NCBI GenBank assembly: GCA_001600815.1
Contig: BCKZ01000015.1
Coordinates: forward strand, 124,001-188,000
Reading direction: 5' to 3'
DNA: 64,000 nucleotides
From: Alloascoidea hylecoeti
Taxonomy: Eukaryota
Shown: positions 1-12,288 of the stretch, piece by piece
Numbering within the stretch: the stretch's first letter is position 1
How the letters are laid out: every line of letters begins with the position of its first letter
Notes under the pieces: model-generated
Database searches by the model: none
Told to the model about the DNA's origin: nothing
Seen by the model: the letters and a program-made list of their open reading frames with translations, nothing else
Program-made: the position numbers and the translations under genes

Positions 1-1457
1 ACTGTATAGGGCATTCATTCGATTTTGAAATATAAAAAATTGCACTCACATTCATACACTGACTCTAGAGTATCAGGTTTACAATCTATTAAATCTTTTA
101 AATATTATAGAAGATGAACTAGTTGGAGGAGCTAGTTAAATAAAATCAAACAAGATTAAGCGCCAGTAACCTATAATTAATTTTATTAGACTTTAAAAGA
201 GCTAAAGTGCTTTTAATTTTTAATTCTGAGTTAATATTATGAATGACAAATATATAAAAAGTTCTATTATGGTATATCAAAGAAGCAAGTTAGCAGTTGT
301 ATAGATTAAGAATAAAGAATATAAATATTTGGGTAGGAATTGAATAGAATAATTATGATCGTGATCACGTGCTATGATATTTGGTACCCGGTGCAAACTT
401 CGGCCAAAATTAAGTGTAATAACCGTGATCTTCTAGAATATGATGAGCATTTTACTTCAAGACTCAATTTGAATTTGAATATGAATTTACTTAGAAGTCA
501 GTTTCATTATAATTAGATTCATTACTAATCAATTCAATCATTACCAGTATCATGAGTTACTTTAGGAATTATAATCTTTACATTTTAATTAAAAAAAAAA
601 TTATACCTCATGGTTCATTCTTTAGGTTTTAAAAGATGTTATAAATACACGGTTGGTGCAGTAAATGACATCTATTAATATATGGAACGTATACCAGTTA
701 CAATTGTCGTGACCATAAAGTTAATAATTATAGGATATATCATGCTAATCTCAAACAATTTTTTACTTAAAAATCAGTAATTAATGCCGAAAGAAGGAAG
801 AAATCTTTAAAAAATAGTAATAGAAACAAAAAACCGTTAATTTAATAATAATTAATGTATGAAATTAATTAATGGTTAATGCGCATACCTCAAAGCAATT
901 GTACTTTGTTCGAAACAATCCAATCCGCCTTTTTAATATTGATGTGAAATGTAATTAATTATGTGTAAAAACGGTTTAATTCTTATTTAAAGTATGGTAA
1001 GTTTACTATAACAAATTATTAACAATATTAATGACAATGCAAATAAATGCACAAATGAATAGAAAAAGTTTATAAATAAATATTTTTAAATAATAATCTA
1101 ACGATATATCTAAAATATATTACTAATAATAAAATAATGTACAAAGTGTAATTAAGTATTGAGCTAGGTGTGCTTTGGCCTCTCATCAAGAGAATTAATT
1201 AACATTATCATTAACAGGCTTTAAAGATATAAAAAGAAAGTATGACAAAGAAGGAGATGATATGATATGATATGATGAATATGATAATGATAATGGTAAT
1301 GATACATAAAAGTATAAAGTTAATAATAATAATAAAACAAAGAGTAGAAAGAATTGACAAAATTACAGTAAGATCATAAAAGATCTCTTATAAATCACAA
1401 GGTAAAGTAATATAAACATGGGTGTAACGAAAAAGAAACGGAAGCTGTCAGGTTTGT

Positions 1458-1917
1458 TTAAGCCAATTTAACTTTGACCTTCTCACTTAAAGCTTTTATT
1501 TCTTTATAATAGTCATCACCAACATATTCAGCCATTAATAAATAGTTATCGGCAAACATTATTGACTTCCAACTTTCATTAAATAAAGCGGCATCGAATT
1601 CAACTTGAGATTTTAATATGGTTGAGCGTGCAACTGATAAGTAATCTTCCTCGATATCAGAAATGGCGATGGAACGATTAAGGTCAACGATCGCAGTTTT
1701 ATAATTTTGGAGTTCACGATGCGTTTGTGCTCTAAAAATAAAAGGAAGTTAGACGATGTTTAAATTGACGACCATTAAGAATAAATATATACCTTTTATA
1801 ATATAAATCAGAAATGGCTTTACTTTTCTTTGGGGAGTGTTTCTGAACAGACTCCAGCTCAGCGATTGCTTGTGAGTAAGCCAATAAGTTGTTTTGATGT
1901 TCCTGAGACATTGTCAT
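1458..1917 (-). CDS. Small TPR-like helical-repeat protein, 132 aa; exons 1917-1793 and 1731-1458
   Basis: Removing a 61-nt intron (1792-1732; GTATAT...CTAAC...TTTTAG) joins the 61-aa ORF to a stop-free second exon. The result reads ...YSQAI...DLYYKRAQTHRELQNYKTAIVDLNRSI..., a TPR-type pattern. Confidence 0.75.
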
Positions 1918-2094
1918 TTTTGGAGGAGGAGGAATTAATTAAAGAGTCGACGCAAAGTGAGAAATAACGGGAACTGGAAGAGTATTTATAAAAGCGATGA
2001 GAATGTATTATTATACTATTTCCAATCCCAATAATAATTAATATTATAACAGTATAAAAGAATGCGTGTAGGATTGCATCGGTACGCGTCTTGG

Positions 2095-2160
2095 TGCTGC
2101 GGATGTGCTGCGGATGTGCTGCACTTGTGCTGCACTTGTGCTGCGCGGTTGCTGCATCTG
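2095..2160. repeat. 11-bp-period tandem array with invariant TGCTGC core, 6 units
   Basis: TGCTGC starts at 2095, 2106, 2117, 2128, 2139 and 2150; spacers are GGATG, GGATG, ACTTG, ACTTG, GCGGT. Confidence 0.9.
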
Positions 2161-2228
2161 GATTTGTCAGGCCAGCAGCCTCCAATTACAACAGCAGGTG
2201 AGGATATAATCATCACTTCTCTGCCATA

Positions 2229-3241
2229 ATGGACTTCGTGATCAGACAGGCTGCACAGCGTGTTCCCATTTCGCTGTTTATACTTCCCTCTTTGGACGCC
2301 GTCGACCAAACCGAACTGTGTGTTTTGGCTCAAACAATTTCCACCACCAATTCTTCTTACGCAAAGCTTTTTCTCAGACTCGTTTTAGACACTTTGGAGC
2401 TGGAATCGGTAAGTACGCCAAACCTAAATTGTGGCTGATGGTCTGACAGGCACTAACAGCCAAAATGCAACGCCAACAGATCGAAGTATCCGAACAGCTA
2501 TTCGGGACGTATATTCCTCTGCTTTCGCTGCCCCCACCCGACCCCTTCGCACACGACTCGCTGGAATATCACATTCCTTATCGGGGCCACAATCGTATCA
2601 TTAAGATCCTCGAAACCCCACGTATTATTTCGGGACTCGGTACCACCGGCAAAAGAACATGGGCGGCTGCGTTGCATCTAGTGGAATACATCATTGACAT
2701 CGATGGGTCTGTTGCAAACGATATCCTGAACAGAAATGTGCTCGAGTTGGGTGCTGGAACGGGATTCGTAGGCACCTTCATCTCAAAGTGCCTGGACCCA
2801 GCGAAAGTGCTGTTGACTGATGGATCTCTACAAGTAGTCGACTCGTTAAAAGCAAACCTTCAACTAAATGATATACATATTAATGATTCAGTACAGTGTC
2901 AGCAGTTATTATGGGGTGAAACTGAAATAGAACAAGGAATTTTAAATGCAACAGACTATGTTTTTGCAGCAGATGTCACGTATGATAAATCCGTCTTACC
3001 TGCTCTGATATCATGTTTACACCAATTTCTCCATTCAAACCCCAATTGCAAGATCTATATCTCCGCAACAATTAGAAACGAAGACACAATCAATTGTTTC
3101 GAACATACTTGCAAAAATGCTGGTCTTTCTTTGGAAGTTGTTAATACTTTCGTTCCTAATGTTGATGATGAAGATTATAATAAAAAATGGGCGTTTTATC
3201 ACAAAGGAACACCAGAAATTAGAATATATAAAATATCTTGA
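2229..3241 (+). CDS. EFM3: Protein-lysine N-methyltransferase, Efm3/EEF2KMT family; exons 2229-2408 and 2480-3241
   Basis: Intron 2409-2479 (GTAAGT...CACTAAC...CAG, phase 0). Motifs ETPRIISGLGTTGKRTWAAAL, VLELGAGTG, LLTD, AADVTYD, ATIRN. Confidence 0.88.
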
Positions 3242-3419
3242 TTAACATATATATAAATTATTTACTTAATATTTAACATAATTCATCCAGTTACTGATTA
3301 TAAATAATAACTCATTTATTTGTTTATTAATTATATTTATTCTCTTTCACTTCAAAATTTTTCACTGCAGGAATTAAACTTTTCTTTATCAACTCATATC
3401 ATCATCAACACAAATCTGT

Positions 3420-5198
3420 ATGTCCAGCTTCAACCAGCCCGCCCCCATTAATGTTGATATTACTCCCTCGCTGATAACTTCTGAAGGAGACTTAAACTCG
3501 TCCGAAAAGACGAAAGAATCATTCAAAGAACTTAGCTCGGTTAGGACAAAAGATAGCCCGAGAAGATCATCGGGCTCTGTTACTATCAACCCCATGCAGG
3601 CTGCAAGATCTCCTTTGACGACCATTGGAAATGGAAATGGAAATGGAAATGGGCCATCTTCTCGCTCGCCCTCATACGTCCCCTCGTCTAATAGCACTGT
3701 CAATAATTCTTTGGGGGGAAGTCGTCCATCTTCCATTGTGGAAATGCTATCAACACCCCCTCCTCTTGTTCCTGAGACACTTTCCACTACCCCTCCATTT
3801 AAATCCCTCTTTAATGATGCTTATTCACTCAACTATAGTCTCACTCCCACCTCCGCCCTACACCCACATTCCCCTGCATCTTCAAGTGTCTCTTTAAACA
3901 ACCTCAACAATTCCTCTTCACTGGCAATTAATTGGCAAAATATTCCACTAAGTGATCTTATTGAGGAAAAAAACTTAATCTTTATAGATGGTAATGAACC
4001 AATCGAAAATGGGTTTCAAAAATTAGTTGACAATAATTTAACCTCAATACCTGTCATTCTATCATCTTCGGAATCATCAGCAGAATCAGTTCCAGCTACA
4101 GATTCAGACCCTTATTCGAATCAAGATCTAGACACATGTATAAACGATAGTTTATTAACTTTTGATTGTTCTGATATAAATAGTTATTTATTATTATTGG
4201 TCTCAGATTTCGCTCCAAATGATTCAATATTACAAGAAATGGTTAATAATAAAACAATGTCTTCATTAAAAGAAGCTCATGATTTAATTAATATGATCAA
4301 AAATGAATCATCACAAACACATTATGATAATAATGTTCCAATTAAAGTACCAATATCTTTTGTATCTCAATTAACTCCAAAAAATCCATTCATAACATAT
4401 CCAGAATTTGAAAAATTAGGTAAAGTTGTAGAAACTTTAGGTAGTGGATCTCATAGAATTGCAATTACTTCAAAAGATGATTCAAAAAATATAATTGGTA
4501 TGTTATCACAAAGAAGATTAATTCGTTATATTTGGAAAAATGCAAGGGGTAGATTTAAACCTTTAGAAAAAACCTTATTTGAAAAAAATTTAAAAGATTT
4601 AAATATTGGTTCTACAAATGTAATTACAATTAATGGAGAATCAACTGTTTTAGAAGCATTTATAAAAATGAATAAAGAATTTATTTCATCATTAGCAGTT
4701 GTTGATAATCAAAATAATTTATTAGGTAATATTTCAATAACTGATGTTAAACATATTACAAAAACTTCACAATCTTATATTTTATTTAAGAATTGTATTC
4801 ATTTTATATCTGTTATTTTAAATTCAAGAGGTTTAGAAAATGGTAAAGATTCATACCCAATTTTTCATGTTAATTTAAATACATCATTAAGAAGAACTTT
4901 AGCAAAATTGGTTGCAACTCAAGCTCATAGACTTTGGATTGTTGAACCATATGATGAATTTAATGTACCAATTAGTCAAAATTATGGATGTGCATCAAAT
5001 GATTATTTGGAATTAAGAGCTGGGAAATTAATCGGGGTTGTTTCTTTAACTGATATATTAGGATGTTTTGCAAAATTTGCAGGAAGAGGCGATATTGATC
5101 CAACTTTTGCAAGGAGACAACGAAGAAATTCGAGTAGTAGTATTACAAGTCTTAGTTCTAGATCTTCAAGATCTTCTTTTGATTCTAGAAAACGATAA
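3420..5198 (+). CDS. SDS23: CBS-domain protein, Sds23/Sds24 family
   Basis: 592-aa ORF with SIVEMLSTPP, LGSGSHRIAI, LSQRRLIRYIW, LLGNISITDVK, KLVATQAHRLWIV and GVVSLTDIL. Confidence 0.88.
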   Translation: MSSFNQPAPINVDITPSLITSEGDLNSSEKTKESFKELSSVRTKDSPRRSSGSVTINPMQAARSPLTTIGNGNGNGNGPSSRSPSYVPSSNSTVNNSLGGSRPSSIVEMLSTPPPLVPETLSTTPPFKSLFNDAYSLNYSLTPTSALHPHSPASSSVSLNNLNNSSSLAINWQNIPLSDLIEEKNLIFIDGNEPIENGFQKLVDNNLTSIPVILSSSESSAESVPATDSDPYSNQDLDTCINDSLLTFDCSDINSYLLLLVSDFAPNDSILQEMVNNKTMSSLKEAHDLINMIKNESSQTHYDNNVPIKVPISFVSQLTPKNPFITYPEFEKLGKVVETLGSGSHRIAITSKDDSKNIIGMLSQRRLIRYIWKNARGRFKPLEKTLFEKNLKDLNIGSTNVITINGESTVLEAFIKMNKEFISSLAVVDNQNNLLGNISITDVKHITKTSQSYILFKNCIHFISVILNSRGLENGKDSYPIFHVNLNTSLRRTLAKLVATQAHRLWIVEPYDEFNVPISQNYGCASNDYLELRAGKLIGVVSLTDILGCFAKFAGRGDIDPTFARRQRRNSSSSITSLSSRSSRSSFDSRKR

Positions 5199-6956
5199 GC
5201 TTAAATTTGTTTTTTTAAATCAAAATCTAGATCAATATAAACCTTTAGTTTCTAGTGACAATAATTATTATTCTATAATCTTTGATTAGAACAGTTTTTA
5301 TCATTTATTTTACATTTCATAGAATTACTCTTATATTATCTTCGTTTTTTCTACCCAAGAATTGAAAAAATCAAATTTAATTGAATTTAAATTTAGTTTT
5401 AACACCTATTATTGCAATCAATATTAATGTTATTTTTCTTTAAATTTCTAATTGATCGATATCATATAAAATTCGCTTATATGCATAGTTATGCATGTGC
5501 TCTTTGATATCATGTACAATTATAGCAATAGAATTCATTAATATTGACCCAATGAATCAGCCTGAAACACGCAGTTGCAATTGTAATGTATTAATTGATA
5601 TAAAAGAACACAAAATTATAATTTATAATCTACTTATTTACTTGTGATTGCAAATTGCAATTCTTCATGTGATTATTCGTTGGGTTATTTAATAGTTTAG
5701 CTCATTTATGAATCAGAATTGAATTGAATTATCATGAAAAACAATATTTTAACTAATCATAATTCACAACCGTATTATTTAGCAATGACATCAATCACAG
5801 GTAGAGCAAGAAATTCAAGCATTCGTACAGCTAAATAGTACCACCTAAGGCCTCTTGGATTATCAATTCAGCCACAGATTACACAATTTTTATTAAAGTA
5901 GGAAAATTCTTTGTAAAAAGTAAAAGAAATTTCCAGATATCCTCTAAGATCTGTCAAATTTTGTCTTTCAAACCATATTAGGATGAATATTCGTGGCTCA
6001 ATTTTGCAACATGGCCACCAACATTTTTTTAATGGCGCTAGCCATATTCACCACCCTCCGCATTCGAGATAATATCTTTGAATAGAAATTTGCCTCCATG
6101 CTGTCAAAAGACCTTCTAGTGTATTCCGGAAATTGATCTATCTTCTTTTCTCTGCTTCTCTGCAGTTTTATAATTATAAAAGGCTGGTTCATTTTTGTTG
6201 ATGATTATTTTTCACACATACCCAATTGGGTTCAGAACTTCAGATTCAGTTTATGCAGGCCGCTCCATCTCAATTCTCACTTAGGTTCGTTAAACTGTAG
6301 TGCAATACTATATATACATATAGATAGATCTCTAGACCTTGTGATCACAAATTTGTACTACTACGTGAAAAATAATTGACAAAACACCTATGAATTTCCA
6401 CACTAATTAGCATTGAACTGTTTATGATATTAATACCAGATGATGAATGATACTTATAAATTGTAGGTTTCTGATTATTTTTCACATTTCTAATATTACG
6501 GTATGTAGCCTACACATTTTTATATGTATCCATGTAGAATCACAACTTTTAATGATTATATAAACACTCACGTTTTGTGTTCATGCAAACACGATCAAAT
6601 CAAATTCATAATTCCGTAATTATCTATGCACACTTGAAGTCTTATCCAACAAATATATTATGTAATTGTAAAATATTTAGCCATATTAGCATCTTGCCAT
6701 GATCAATGATTATTATCATTTGTCGCAACTATTTACAAAAAAGGGGGCTATATTGGTGTACGATATCGATCGATAAAGCTTATAATTAATTATAATTATG
6801 AATTTCTGTTCATCAAGGCGAAACTTCAAATATAAATTTAAATTTATATTTCACAAGTAATATAATATCTTATTAAATCTACAAAAGTAGTTATTTCTAA
6901 ACATTTTCATCTAAATGTTCACCGTTTAAATTTATGTTATATAAAATTAATTATAA

Positions 6957-8294
6957 TCAGTTAGTTGCAACTTTGAAACTCTCCATCTCTATACTTAATC
7001 TTTCCATACTATCTTTCCACTCCGTCTTAATTTCCTCCACTAACTTTTCATCTTGTAGCAAATCTAAAGCAGTTAACGCTAAACCAATACCTGTTCTAAT
7101 CGCTGAATCATTTGCTTCCTGAGTACCAGCAGCATCCCTAAATTTCTTATTATGAGGACCTTCTTCACATGGGACATCAAAAAATGGATGGATAGCAGGT
7201 AAAGCCCAAGAAATATTGCCTTGATCTGTGCTTGCTCCACAAACTGGTGCTTTCAATTCAACTTCAAGTGATGGGATGCTATATCCGAATGAATTATTCA
7301 TATGGTTTCTATATAATTCTGACATTTTTTTGTTGGATACAAGATCCAGGTATTCATAATTTTCAGTAATTTTCAGTTTACACCCCGTTGCAATTGAGCC
7401 AGCCTTGAAACAGTTCATTGCTTTAGTTTTGAGTGCCTCAAGTCTTGCTCTTGATGGAGCTCGAATGCCAAATACTCCCTTTGAATATGGTGATATGATA
7501 TTCGCAGCTACTCCACCATTCTCAATAAATCCATGTATTATGTCACCTGGGGTAAATTGCTGTCTTAATACTCCAATGGCATTATATGCAATTACTATGG
7601 CATCTAAAGCATTAATACCAAGTTGTGGGAACGCAGCAGCGTGTGCTTCTTTACCAAAGTATTCAACAGTAATATTTGTTAGTGCAGTTGTATGAACTAA
7701 AGCCATTGGATCCGCATTCATACCGTGGGCCATTAACGAAACATCAACATCGTCATAAGCACCTGCTTTAAGTAATTTTATTTTACCCCCACCTAACTCT
7801 TCTGCTGGTGTGCCAAATAATCTAACAGTTCCTGGAATGTTATACTTTTTCATTGCCAATGCTGTCGAAGTAGCGGCTACAACGCTACAAGTAGCGATAA
7901 GATTATGACCACAGGCATGCCCAATTTCCGGAAGAGCATCTATTTAATATATATAAGTAGAAATAAATATTAGACAGAACTGATAACATAAGTATAAGGC
8001 CTTATAGCTATATTGAGATAACATACCAAATTCAGCATTAAAAGAAACGATCGTTTTTGATTCTCCTTCAATTTTAAACTCTGCTATGAAAGCAGTTTCA
8101 ATACAATGGGCTGATTTTATAACCTCCCAACCAGATTGTGATTCCATATAATTTGTTAACAAATCATGAGCTTTTGTTTCTTCCCAACTAAGTTCGGGAT
8201 GTTCCCAGATTGTAGAATTAATCTTCTTTATTTCTTCACTTCTATTCTTGATCAAATCTTTAAGAAAATTACTCAATTCAATATTATCGATCAT
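6957..8294 (-). CDS. Peptidase M20D/AbgB-like amidohydrolase (PM20D2/ACY1L2-like); exons 8294-8027 and 7939-6957
   Basis: Intron 8026-7940 (GTATGT...CTAAT...TAG) restores FNAEFDALPEIGHACGHNLIA. Other motifs are HPELSWEE, GTPAEELGGGK and ASTDQGNIS. Confidence 0.9.
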
Positions 8295-9201
8295 ATTTAA
8301 CAACTTTGATAAAAATTAAGTTTAATTATAAGGTGGTTGTGTACAATCCAAAAGGAAACGGTTTAAAAATGAGTCAATTTATTTCTCATACATAACTTTC
8401 TCCAAAGTTCTTTCATTATACGGATATCAAAACTGTAACAAATCCTTGTTATAACATTGCATATAAAATAACCCCGCCGTTGTGTTAAAAGAAAATTATA
8501 AGTTTTATGTATCAAACACTTTAAACCCTATTAATTATAATTATTTTGAAAAAAGATAAGAAATATGATCATGATAAGGCATTAGAGAATCATGATATCT
8601 AATCAATTTTAATGAATTCTGAAAAGATTGCAATATTGAAATATAATTAGTTTGGCAGGTGTAACTAATATTTAGGTATAACCCAGCCGGTGACATAAGA
8701 TAATGATATAATGGTACCATTTAAGGCTTAATTATCAATTTGTTATCATTAATGGAAACAAGTTAAATAATAAATCAAGATAGGTTAACATTAATTAAAT
8801 AAAAATGTCATAAGCATAAATAAATTTTAATATAAGTAAACAGTTGTGAAAGTAGGTTAATTCGAAATAATAATTCTTTTAAATGTTTGAACTATAGCAG
8901 CATAGCAAGGTTAAGTAAATGTTGTAACAAAATAATTATCCTATTAATTATTAATCGTTTAATAACATTAATTTAAATAAAAAATAAATAACACAAAAAC
9001 GAGTCATCCTAAATTTGAATTCTTAAAAATAAAAATAAAAAATCATTTCAAAAAACGAACAAATGTATACCAGTATATATAATCACAAAAATACTTATAA
9101 ATTCCCCATTTGTCTTACATTAGTTATAATTGCCCGATGCTATAAATAAAATCCTGTCATCAATCATACTAATAATTATTAACAGTTTGATATACCTATA
9201 A

Positions 9202-12200
9202 TCATGAAATATTAGTTGTCTCCTTGTCAAAAGGTCTGATAGGAGAAAGTAGCTGTATTCCATCATCATTAACCTCCTCAACAAGATCATTTTCCATTTC
9301 AATCTCTCTTTGTCTTTTTTCTTGTGTCTGTTTAAAGGCCGAAGCCTCCAATTTCTCTTGTCTCCATCTTATATAATCCATCTGTTCAGAATTTGTATTT
9401 GTGTCAATTGCAACATCTGGATTTATATGGGCGCTTACTTCATTCGGATCCTGTAGCTGAGATTTTTTTCTGGGACTGCTTAAGTTTGTAACTTCTTGTC
9501 TAACATTTTCTGGACTTTTTTCCTCAACATTAAGCTTGTCTAATCTTTGTTGTCTCCATCTTAAATAATCGACATCGTCATCCATCGCACTGCCTGTGGA
9601 TGATGGCTGTCTCCCAATATTCTCATTAGTATTTGAGTTGTGAATAATGGGATCATTTTCTACATTTCGATTGTGCTGTAAATCAGATGCTATTGGCGGT
9701 GGTAATCTTTCAGGACTAGGGTGATGTGATTTAAATGGAGAGCCTTCATTTTCTTTGTATTCTTTATTCGAGTCTGCTGTAACATTATTTTTGGTAAAAA
9801 CAGGAGATGAAAGAATTTGAACAGATGTATTGGATTGGTTAAACTTATTGATTTGGGTTGTAATATCACCTAATACTTTCTTGGGACTCTTTTTTGGTGA
9901 TGGAGATCTGGTGGATTTCACAAATGTTGGTAATTGTGATATTTGAGTTTCTTCTTGATCTTGGATGTTTTCTGAGTTAGAATGAGATTGAGGATTGGGC
10001 TCTTTGTGAATTATAGGTACTCTTTTAGGCGATACTAGGTTTCGCTTGGGTGGGTTTATAGTCGATGAACTAATGATTCGCTTTGGTGATCCTGGAACCC
10101 TTTTCAAAGATTCTGGATTTGATATATGCCTTTTCTGTGATGCTATCTCAGAGAATGTGTCATGGCTTTGTTCTTTACTGAAACTACTATGAATAGATGT
10201 AGATGTTGCAGTCGTACTTGTACTTCTAGTTGTTCCTGCACTTGAAGATGAAGATGCATCTCTAATAATACCAGCACCAGAAAAATTAACACCATTAGAT
10301 CTTAGCAGACTAACTGGTGTAGTTAAATTATGCGTTGGGACTGGGCATGGCGTCTCGGGAGCATGTCCTAACTTTCTTTTCACTGTTAAGAGATTAGCTC
10401 GCTTCATTGCAAATGCAGTGGCAGTTAGATTTCTTCTAGCGCTAGCACTTGCTAAATTTTTATGCGCATCTTGAGCATGTAATGAGACTCCATTATAATT
10501 AGATCTAAATCGTTTAGCTGATACTGTTGGTTCATTTTTCCTAATTCTCGAGGTTGACGTATTTGGTTTATAGAGATTGTTCACTGTACGTGTCGTATTT
10601 CTGCCTTCTGTATTTCGATCATGAGCTGGCCGTGACCCCCTAGGAGTTTTCGCGGAAACTGAATTAGCATTAGTATTGGTGGTAGAATTACTAGCTCCTT
10701 TTGTTGAGCTTTTACCATTATTAGGTTTGGAATCGATTTCATTAACCTGCTCTAAGAAGCTTTCACCGTCCACTAAAAATGGAACCCCACTTTCATCTTC
10801 CCATTCCTTTAATTTGATTTTTAATTCAGAAATGATACGAGGCCTTCTCTTCGCAATTCTTTTTCTCATTTGTTCTTCTCGTAATAATCTTTTAGGATCA
10901 TATCCTTTACCCTTCATTAATAATCTATTTGGATCCTTCATTGATTGTTCTAAATCATCTGCTTCTTTCTCAACTTCAAATAATGATGCTATAAGAGCTA
11001 AAATTGGCTTTTGGTCTTCATAAATTTCTTCTAATTTCTTTATTTCTTTTTCATGTAATTCTAATAGTTCATCATTATAAGTATCACTCCAGAAAGGTTT
11101 AAAAACATGGGTCTCATCACTACTGAAATATAACTTTTCCCAAAGTTTTGAAATTTTTTCTCTTGAATCTTCAATGAAAACTTGTATGAAATCTTTCTTT
11201 CTTTCATTTAATCTGTTTAATTCGAAATTCCATTCCTTTAAATCAATTGATGTTAAACCATTAAAATCACTTGTAAAATTTTCAATAAAGGTTTCGTCTT
11301 CTTGTAATTTTTCCCATAAATGATTAACTTGTGATTTAATTTCTTCTAATTCATTTGACCTTCTATGTTGTTCATCGTTTAATTTAGTTTCTAAATTTTT
11401 TAACATTTCAATATCATTTGTTTTTAATCCAATAGTTGTATCTTCTAAATTATTGTTTCTAAGAATTTTCAAAACATCTGTATTTATTTCATGTTCATCT
11501 GTTCCTAAAATATTCCAGGATTGAGAAATAGAATTACAAAGATCTATTATTGTTGAAAGACGGATATCATATTGTTCTTGAGCTACTGTTAAAGCTTCTT
11601 CAAGTTCTTTAAAACGTTGTGTTGTGAGTTTCAATAATGAACCATTTTGTTCATCTTTCTTTAGAATATTATTAATTGAGTTGATATCAAGCTTAATGGG
11701 GCTATTAGTATTAGAATTTTGAATAGTTTGGCTCACTATTGAATCAGTAACATGAATCTGTTCAGTTATTTCTGACTTTAAATGTAGATTGTCCATAATG
11801 TTATATAGACTTAATAAATCACCATTTAACGTTATTAATTTTTCTAAACGAGATGTAAACAAATTAACAATTTTTTCAGATTTTGTTTTAAGAATTGTAT
11901 GATTTTGAATTAATGGTGGTTCTATAGGTTTTGAAATTATATCCATTAATTCTTGTGTTGATTTATTGTTTGATTTCGATCTATGGTGATTAGCATTAGC
12001 TTCTAAATTAAAATCTAAATTTGAATTATTATAACCCAATGAAATCAACATCAAATTAATTGAGCGAGATAAGTTAGTACATTGATCAATTAAATCTTGT
12101 TTCTCTTTAGATGCATTCATAACAGTTTTCTCTAATGTATCAGAAACTTGTGCGTAGACTTGTTGCTCTCGAGCAAGCCGCTCATTATCAGATAGACCTA

Positions 12201-12288
12201 GATCATCAAAGACCAATTGAAGCCTCGAAATTACTGTATTTAATTGCGTTGAAATAAATGATGTCCTCCTTGGAATTGTTTTATCCAT
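9202..12288 (-). CDS. ASE1: Spindle midzone microtubule bundler, Ase1/PRC1/MAP65 family
   Basis: Coiled-coil N-terminal half with DSREKISKLWEKLYFS, LLELHEKEI, DPNRL...LLREEQMRKRI and WEDESGVPFLVDGE; disordered S/T-P-rich tail. First ATG is at 12288 (the ORF track begins at a non-ATG codon). Confidence 0.9.
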   Translation of the reverse strand: MDKTIPRRTSFISTQLNTVISRLQLVFDDLGLSDNERLAREQQVYAQVSDTLEKTVMNASKEKQDLIDQCTNLSRSINLMLISLGYNNSNLDFNLEANANHHRSKSNNKSTQELMDIISKPIEPPLIQNHTILKTKSEKIVNLFTSRLEKLITLNGDLLSLYNIMDNLHLKSEITEQIHVTDSIVSQTIQNSNTNSPIKLDINSINNILKKDEQNGSLLKLTTQRFKELEEALTVAQEQYDIRLSTIIDLCNSISQSWNILGTDEHEINTDVLKILRNNNLEDTTIGLKTNDIEMLKNLETKLNDEQHRRSNELEEIKSQVNHLWEKLQEDETFIENFTSDFNGLTSIDLKEWNFELNRLNERKKDFIQVFIEDSREKISKLWEKLYFSSDETHVFKPFWSDTYNDELLELHEKEIKKLEEIYEDQKPILALIASLFEVEKEADDLEQSMKDPNRLLMKGKGYDPKRLLREEQMRKRIAKRRPRIISELKIKLKEWEDESGVPFLVDGESFLEQVNEIDSKPNNGKSSTKGASNSTTNTNANSVSAKTPRGSRPAHDRNTEGRNTTRTVNNLYKPNTSTSRIRKNEPTVSAKRFRSNYNGVSLHAQDAHKNLASASARRNLTATAFAMKRANLLTVKRKLGHAPETPCPVPTHNLTTPVSLLRSNGVNFSGAGIIRDASSSSSAGTTRSTSTTATSTSIHSSFSKEQSHDTFSEIASQKRHISNPESLKRVPGSPKRIISSSTINPPKRNLVSPKRVPIIHKEPNPQSHSNSENIQDQEETQISQLPTFVKSTRSPSPKKSPKKVLGDITTQINKFNQSNTSVQILSSPVFTKNNVTADSNKEYKENEGSPFKSHHPSPERLPPPIASDLQHNRNVENDPIIHNSNTNENIGRQPSSTGSAMDDDVDYLRWRQQRLDKLNVEEKSPENVRQEVTNLSSPRKKSQLQDPNEVSAHINPDVAIDTNTNSEQMDYIRWRQEKLEASAFKQTQEKRQREIEMENDLVEEVNDDGIQLLSPIRPFDKETTNIS

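Noticed and set aside
1859..2333. Minus-strand ORFs containing repeated QHKCSTSAAHPQH
   Set aside because: Translation artefacts of the 11-bp repeat; they overlap the promoter and EFM3 exon 1.
3389..3897. Short antisense or alternate-frame ORFs inside long genes (here and within ASE1, CCH1, PRM10, SET3, VPS8 and NUP60)
   Set aside because: Shadow ORFs with no recognisable motifs, overlapping well-supported genes.
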